Below are positions 57,422 through 64,000 of a DNA stretch of 64,000 bases, in pieces (the first letter of the stretch is position 1; every line of letters starts with the position of its first letter). Below the pieces are notes generated by a model, which was not told the DNA's origin, searched no databases, and was given only the letters and a program-made list of their open reading frames with translations. This DNA is from a virus. The position numbers were made by a program, and so were the translations under genes. The stretch lies in IMG/VR virus record IMGVR_UViG_3300040786_000047; one strand, written 5' to 3'.

Positions 57422-58870
57422 ATGTCAATACAAATAATAGATGGGTACCAACTTAATAATAGCAATGCTGCAATAGATAATAGATTTGTTGTAGGTCCTG
57501 GTTACACATATACACAGAAAACTTTAATAACATATAAATATCCTGGACTTAGAGTTTGGGACATGACTATCGGTAGTGGAACCCCATTTACTTGGGATGG
57601 TGTGAGTTGGGTAGCAGATGCACTAGCAGGTAGTGGTATAAATGCTACAAGTGCTCAGATAAACTATCTACCCAGGTTTAATGATACTTCTGGTAATTTA
57701 GTTAATAGTGATATATTTAATGGTAGTAGCAATGTCGGTATTGGACTAACTGGTTCTAATCTTAACCTGGTTGTTAATCTGGGAAAAAGGACTACAAGTT
57801 GCTGGTAATATAGGTACAAATGGTTTCTTTTATGGAAGAGGTAGTAATATAACAGATTTAAATGCGAGCAATATAACTTTAGGTAGTTTATCACTTAATA
57901 GAATTTCAAGTAATAATACATTTACTGATACCACGCCATTTATACTTCAGTCAGGACCAGGTAATGTAGTGACTTGGGTAAAGTCTACATCTGTTAATGC
58001 AAGTAACGCAACAAATGCCGAAAATTTAAATATAATAGAACAATCAACTTCGTCAAATACACACTATCTAGCATTTTCGATTGGTACTGGATATAAACCG
58101 GTAAATATTTCTACAACTGGATTAAGATATAAGCCTAATAATGGACAAATACAAGCATTAGACGGAACTAGTGCAATACCTACATATTCATTTATAAATA
58201 GCAATACAATGGGTATGTACTTTGAAAATGGATTACTTAGTTTTACTAATAATTCTACAAGAAGAATGTCTGTAAGTACTAATGGTGTAGTTTTATATAA
58301 TACAAATGGTCCTCAAATACAATTTAATAGTAGTGCTGGTGATAGAGTATTATGGTCTAAAAATTCTGATTTATATTTTAGATATGATGGTACTATACCA
58401 GGAAGTAATATACTTGCTGTTGATTACAAAATGTTACATACCGGTAACCTATCCATAGGGCTAATAGCGGTCTTACTTCAACTGGTAGTATTTTAACTGA
58501 AAATTTAATTATAAAACACGCAACGTCTGTGGTTGGTAATACTTCAATACGGGAAATGATGTTTTACAAAATTTACAATTTGATGCATATGGACATATAA
58601 CTGGTTTTCTACACAAGTAATAGATCCTCAGGCTTGGAACAACAACTAACTACAAATGGATATCAAAAGATGAGTAATGGTTTAATATTCCAGTGGGCAT
58701 ATTTAACATCAGGTACTAATACATATAACTTTCCTATAGCATTTACATCACAATGTTTCAGTATTCATATTACAACAAAAAGAATTATGATGACATGGAG
58801 CATTAGGAATCATGCAAAACTTTCATCAACCACAGCATATGCTGTTATAGATTCAAGTAAGGATGATGTT
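57422..58870 (+). CDS. Tail fibre / receptor-binding protein (frameshifted)
   Basis: N/G/S-rich; C-terminal NGYQKMSNGLIFQW..FPIAF..CFSI fibre-tip motif. Confidence 0.75.
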
Positions 58871-58879
58871 TGTATATAT

Positions 58880-58912
58880 AAAAAAAAAGACTCAAATTTG
58901 AGTCTTTTTTTT
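58880..58912. terminator. Bidirectional intrinsic terminator
   Basis: AAAAAAAAAGACTCAA-A-TTTGAGTCTTTTTTTT. Confidence 0.85.
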
Positions 58913-58914
58913 AT

Positions 58915-59592
58915 TCTTCTACTTTTCAAACCACCAGTTAAAGTAGATATAATTATCACCTACTAGGTTGTATACCTCATTATCATATCGTATAATTATC
59001 CTATTTTCATGTGAACGAATCAATTCAACCTCAATACCTTTACTCATTTTAACTGTTTGCCGGTCTCAACAGAATAGCAATTAACATCATCATTTTGTAA
59101 TCTATATGTTCCTGGTTTAGGTTTTAGCCAAGTCTTTATTGTCTTAATAACTAATCCTTTAGTCTTTATAATCCACTCTTTAGGTTGGTATAAGTCAAAA
59201 TCTTTAAATAATTCTGATGTGAATTCAGTGTTTAATCCAGTTATATCTTCTATTATACCCCAATACTCTTCTTCTCCAATAGTTAGTTTTAAATATATAT
59301 CATAATCAACATTAGACTTAACGATTCTTTTGTATTGTTATATCTTTAATATCTTGATCTTCTAATGCTAATTTACTTCTAAGACTCTTATATGCAGTTG
59401 TTCCTTTTAAACCGTGCATAATATCATTTATCCTTGACATTGACTGTCTTATTGCATCTTGGTGTTTATCGAATGCATTTATTGAAAGTGATGGGTTATC
59501 TACACCTCCTATTGGATTAACGGCAGTGTCTGGATTCATTCGCATTGAGTTAAACTCGGTGAATTCTAGAATTAGTTTATTTCTCTTTTCAT
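58915..59592 (-). CDS. Hypothetical protein (frameshifted)
   Basis: MKRENKLILEFTEFNSMRMNPD..; includes ORF 59318..59545. Confidence 0.6.
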
Positions 59593-59594
59593 AA

Positions 59595-59610
59595 TTAATA
59601 TATATATTAA
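59595..59610. promoter_or_regulatory. Palindromic bidirectional late-type promoter
   Basis: Perfect palindrome TTAATATATATATTAA between divergent starts 59592(-) and 59626(+). Confidence 0.6.
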
Positions 59611-59625
59611 AAATAATAACATAAA

Positions 59626-59939
59626 ATGAAAATTAAACGTTTTTATGAAAGTGAAGAACAAAAGAATATCTCATCTGAAAGGGTTGAAGAAATACTAAAA
59701 GTTTAAAAGACTTTTCAGTTAAAATTGGAGATGAGAACAAAACAATAGATTCTTTGTTGACTGAATTGAGTTCTTATAAAAATTTATCATCTAAGTAATG
59801 ACCAGATTGATGACTCGATAGCAGCATTACAAATTGTTTCTAAAATGTAGATGACACCATTGATAAATTAGATACTGTTATAAATAATTTAGATGATTAT
59901 AATATTTCAGGTAGAAGTTACCTATATACTGAGAATAAA
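59626..59939 (+). CDS. CTS-like coiled-coil protein (frameshifted)
   Basis: MKIKRFYESEE; heptad-like DQIDDSIAALQ..IDKLDTVINNLDDY. Confidence 0.6.
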
Positions 59940-59971
59940 TAAACTAATTAAAAATATTATTATAATATATT

Positions 59972-60160
59972 ATGAAAGATAAAAAATTGACATCAGTGAA
60001 GGATATGTTTTCGCTCCGTATATATTGGCAAGTACCTACCCTTTAGATATTCCAAATTTTTCAAGTAAAGTTTCAATTTCTCACCGGTATGTTACTACTA
60101 GTATTATACCTATAAATGAAATACGAAAGTCTAAATAGAAAATAATAAAACTCACTGATT
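59972..60160 (+). CDS. Mini-protein resembling the gp23 C-terminal GxxxAPY..NF..RY segment plus IRKSKI tail (frameshifted)
   Basis: SEGYVFAPYILASTYPLDIPNFSSKVSISHRY vs T4 gp23 DAGIYYAPYVAL..DPKNFQPVMGFKTRY. Confidence 0.5.
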
Positions 60161-60173
60161 AGTGAGTTTTATT
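60144..60173. terminator. Bidirectional intrinsic terminator
   Basis: AATAAAACTCACT-GATT-AGTGAGTTTTATT. Confidence 0.85.
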
Positions 60174-60199
60174 ATTTAATTAATTTTATTTTGTGAACT

Positions 60200-60689
60200 T
60201 TAACTATAAAGTGTTTTGTAAATAAGAACGACTATATCATCAACAATACTATGTAAATGCGTATCTTCTTCGGATATACTCTTTCTAGCATGTTTTACAT
60301 ATTCTGCAAGTTCTTCAAAGTATGCCAACTTTTCTTTTGTTTTAGTACCGTTTGTATCAATTGTCTCATAACCATCAACAATACCATATTGTCCTTGATA
60401 TGTTTCTATAACAGTGTCTATAAGGTCTAATATACCATCATAGTACTCACCAAGTGCAAGGTGTGCTGCATGTGAACCTTCATCACCTCTTACTTGTAAA
60501 TGATAAACGTGTGCCATTTCTCTTGATTCAAACAATTTAGAGAAAAATGTAACTACGCTTCCTTCAGTTTGCCTCAGTTGGTACCTCATCTACAACAGGA
60601 CTAATTTGTGCCGCGGTTTCAACATTTGCGATATTAGTCAATATCTCATCTTGTTCGTATACTTTTCTTATGTGTGAAAACTTTTTCAT
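60200..60689 (-). CDS. DUF5856 / Dps-like four-helix protein with CTS-like N-terminus (one frameshift)
   Basis: MKKFSHIRKVYEQ; AHVYHLQVRG..AHLALGEYYDGILDLIDTVIETYQG. Confidence 0.75.
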
Positions 60690-60815
60690 ATAAAATCTTT
60701 TTTTTATTTTGATATATCAATTTTAATATATATATAAAATTAAAGAACTGTAATAATTGATAATTAAGGTTCTTTAATTTTATATATAAGAAATAAATAA
60801 ATAAATAATTATATT

Positions 60816-61075
60816 ATGAAATACATTAAAAAGTATGATAGGTTTGTTGAAGGCACGGAAACGGCACCAGCACCTACAAGAACAACACCATCTCCAACAA
60901 CTAAACCAGGTACAAGACCATCAAGACCATCAGTTGTTCCTAGTAAAGACCTAGTGAAGAAGATGCTCCATTAGCAGAACTAAAGCATGAAGGACCCGAA
61001 TCTTCGATTAAAGACATCTCTGATAGAGTATTCAATGTTTTAGGTGAGGATGAAGCTAAAAAATTAATTAAATAA
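60816..61075 (+). CDS. CTS-like Pro/Thr-rich small protein (frameshifted)
   Basis: MKYIKKYDRFVEGTETAPAPTRTTPSPTTKPGTRPSRP. Confidence 0.65.
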
Positions 61076-61076
61076 C

Positions 61077-62625
61077 ATGAAGAGTTTTTCAGATTTTATA
61101 AAGAAGAAATAGATTTAAGAGGAAATAAAGGTATTCCAGATAATTTAATGGGTGATTCTGATAGACAAGCATCCGCTAATCTAGGCATATCCATAGATAA
61201 TCCGGCTCAAATGCGTACGTATGACCACAAATAATGAACCTCATAGGACAATCTAAACAAATTGTTGGTAGAGGTCTAAATAGAGATGAGCTAGAAGAAA
61301 GACTTGTTAAACTTGAAACATTGGCAAAAAACATTGTACTTAGTGAGTATGGTGAATTATTATCAGCCACTGATAAACCAGTTAACTTGATTATAAACTA
61401 CTTAGAGATAGACGAAACGTTTCTTCGGAGATTCCTGAGATGGATGACGTACCAAAAGCCAATCAAACAAGAGGTTATAAGAGATGCTGATATAAGAAAT
61501 GCAGTAGATAAAAGAAGATATTAAACGTCTTAAATCAAGGTGAAGCAAAAGCAACTAAAAATATTATACAGTATTCTGAATTAATTGAACCAGGTCTAAG
61601 AGATATTCGGTGAACAATGGAGAACTATATTAGATATTTGGTTACAAACTACCGAGTTGCTAATAAACTTGACTGGATAATGCCAATTGATATGAAGTCT
61701 GATATGATGAAAATATGCCAGAAGGTATGGCAGGTGCTTGTCAAGTTACTTGGGAAAAGGATGAAGAAGAAGATGAAGAAAAAACAAACACAACCTAAAG
61801 ATGAGGATGAGGATGAAGAATATGATGAAGAAGTTGACTTTGAAGGTGATCAAGATGACTATGATAGTATAACTATAAAGGCAGTCGGTATAGACTCTTC
61901 CTATGTTACACGAAGCAATTAAAGGTATATGGCTTTATTAAAGTCAGGTGCAATAAAAGAAGATGAAGAGATGGCACAGTTAATTGCACAAAACACATCT
62001 TCATTTGAAGATGAGTCACAAGACTTTAGATATGGTGTTGCTATGCAAGCTATGTTCAGAGATTTCATATTAGCGTAAAGACAATAGTAAATATTCAAAT
62101 ATGAATGCTCGAATATATGCAAAGATGGCATTGGATAAAGATAGAGGTGGTGATTTTAGTGATAGTGAATTTCTAGAACTTTAAAAAATCTTTATTCTCA
62201 ACATTTGATTTAGTAAGAGAGCGTTTAGAATTCAAACTTAATCAAGATAAGTTTGAATCATCTGATGCTAAGAACAAAATAGAAAGACTTATTGCTGGTA
62301 TAATTCAAGCAGAGATGAACTATGAGAAAGAAATGGAAGAATGGGAATCAAATGAAAAAGGTGAACTAGAATATGGTACTAGTGGAAATTATGAAGATGA
62401 AGATGACTCTTCTTTTGATGATTATTTAAAGATTCAGGTATCAGTAAGTCAACTGATAACGAAGAAGTAGATAAAGATGTATTGATATGTCTGATGCTGA
62501 GTTGGACGATATATAAAACTGCAAAAGAAAGAGATTCAAGAAGTGGTTGATGATTTACTTGATAAAGGAGAATTCTCAAAAATTCCTAGATTTTCTAAAT
62601 ACCTTAAAAGAGGGTTGAGATATAT
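61077..62625 (+). CDS. Large CTS-like protein with acidic tracts (frameshifted)
   Basis: MKSFSDF.KEE; joins ORFs 61234 and 61617; conserved-looking ..LLHEAIKG.. and E.QDFRYG blocks. Confidence 0.6.
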
Positions 62626-62686
62626 CTAAGAGAAATTTCAAATATAAATGAAAGTAAAAATAGAAGAAAATAAAAAAAGAAGAAAA

Positions 62687-64000
62687 ATGAAATTATTTAA
62701 ATACAATCAGTTTATAGGAGAAAACTCTATTAATGAAAACTTGGATAAAGCCAAAAGTTTCTAAAAGATAAATATCTTTTGACTACATCTGTTAAAGAAC
62801 TAGGACTTCTAACAGGAGAGCTATGCTCAAATAAAACATGGAGAAAGAAAAGTTTACAATGACTTCTCAGATGATGAAAAGAACTTATTAAAAAGAAGAT
62901 AAGAGAAACTAAACTCAGTCCAGAAATTGTTAAGAATATAGAAAGAGACCCTGAATTAAAAATAGTCAGAGAATTAAATGCGAATATCATTACATCAAAC
63001 GGTACGAATAAGGTATATCAATTAGATAGAGATAATATCGGTTGGTTATCAAACTTTGTATACTTTTACTTCTATGAAAATGTGCCAGCAGATGAACTTT
63101 CACAAATTTATAAAAGTTATTACAAAATAAGGATATATTGACAAATCTTGAAATTAACATAGATGGTAATCTTGTTAAGAAACAATTTGACTTAAATTTT
63201 ATAAACTTAGATATAACTAATAATAGTGAGAATTTGATTGATGGTTTAGATAGATTAGAGCAAAATAGAAAAATTAAAAAATTAGTTGATAGTTTGACTC
63301 CTTTTAAAAGCAGGATATTTAAGAGCCTCAGAGAATAATAAATAAAAAATATCAGAGATTGCAGCCGGTTTTAACCAGTTGGGTGTGAAAGATGGTGTAG
63401 TAGATGAAGAAGCTAAGAATAAATATTGGAGTGGTTTCTTTGGGACTATGATAATGAGAGATGGTAAGATGGTTTATTCGCACTTGCAAGATATACAACT
63501 ATAGATGAGTTTATTAAGGCACAAAAACTATTTAAAATCTACTGATAATGACCAAATAATAGCATTCTGATAAGATAAATTTAGCAAACGACATTTGGTA
63601 ATGGTGGTGCAGATATTGTATTTGACCAAGATGGTATACTAGTTATAGAAGTAAATCTTTTCCATCAAATCAATTGCTAAACGGACACACCTCACATTGT
63701 ATTAAGGATAGTATGTATCAATGGGAAAGTTATGTATCAAGTCATAATAATAAACAATACTATTTATAACTTTAATATACCACAATATGATAATAGTTCA
63801 ACTATTGGTGTTACTATTGAACCTGGACAGAGGGTAAGAGCTGCACATAATAGAGCAGATCATGATATCACCGGAGAAATATAAAGATTGTTAAAAGAAT
63901 GGGAAAAGAGTATAAATTACTGATGATATTTGGTCTTTTCTAAGCCTATGAGTCAGGAAGATTGCACTTAGAGAAAGATCAAAATAGCAAACAGAGATTG
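62687..64000 (+). CDS. Large CTS-like protein with PcfJ-like (SHCI) region, truncated by window end (frameshifted)
   Basis: MKLFKYNQFIGENSINEN; GHTSHCIKDS..WESYV..QYYIYNF..IGVTI. Confidence 0.6.

Noticed and set aside
61900-61925. LLHEAIKG in the 61077 protein as an HExxH protease site
   Set aside because: The second His is missing (HEAIK), so a zincin site is not supported.
1-64000. Stop-codon reassignment (code 15 or 4) as the cause of short ORFs
   Set aside because: Conserved proteins resume in a different frame, not after an in-frame TAG or TGA. For example clpP ACGGACTTG lacks one G of VNTGL. Intact genes (FKBP, LemA) have no internal stops, and TAG/TGA end genes at expected places.
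1-64000. Mass pseudogenisation or programmed frameshifting
   Set aside because: Breaks hit essential genes (primase, helicase, RNR) uniformly, mostly at homopolymers, while catalytic motifs are intact. This is the pattern of long-read consensus error.
1-64000. tRNA, rRNA or large structured ncRNA genes
   Set aside because: No GTTCRA T-loop with cloverleaf context was seen, and intergenic gaps are short and AT-rich, holding only promoters and terminators. A tRNAscan/Infernal run would be needed to exclude them fully.

Overview
About 64 kb of a very AT-rich (roughly 25-30% GC by eye) T4-related huge/jumbo myophage genome. Most genes are broken by single-base indels, usually homopolymer under-calls typical of long-read consensus, so the ORF track shows fragments. 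I rebuilt genes by eye across frames and the coordinates are approximate. Replication and nucleotide genes: gp61-like primase, UvsW, an N-terminal-half-only family B DNA polymerase, a DinG-like helicase, gp41/DnaB helicase, nrdA/nrdB and an orphan DNA MTase. Baseplate and tail genes: a hub with a GH19 domain, a gp5-like spike with a degenerate YkuD-like domain, a CHAP-like amidase protein, a gp53-like wedge and fibres. Also present: a GH19 endolysin, a GH108 lysozyme and host-derived proteostasis/membrane genes (ClpP, FKBP/SlyD, LemA plus TPM, LETM1-like). TAnnTTTG promoters and the lack of Shine-Dalgarno sites point to a Bacteroidota host. Four signals stand out. (1) About 27 genes start with an MK(Y/H)(I/L)KxF(N/E)E-like peptide resembling the T4 capsid-targeting sequence, fused to varied cargo (DHH phosphoesterase, zincin, GH108, Dps-like, membrane proteins, an expanded paralog family). 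(2) Two mini-genes each look like a separate, adjacent slice of the gp23 major capsid protein, both carrying a shared R-x-x-K-I C-terminal tail. (3) That tail recurs on several unrelated early/middle proteins. (4) Three promoter classes can be read from the DNA: host TAnnTTTG, AAAC[TA]-N17-TATA on replication genes, and TAATATATA on late genes. I saw no tRNA, CRISPR array, intron, intein or RT. All family assignments are motif recognition from memory, not database searches.
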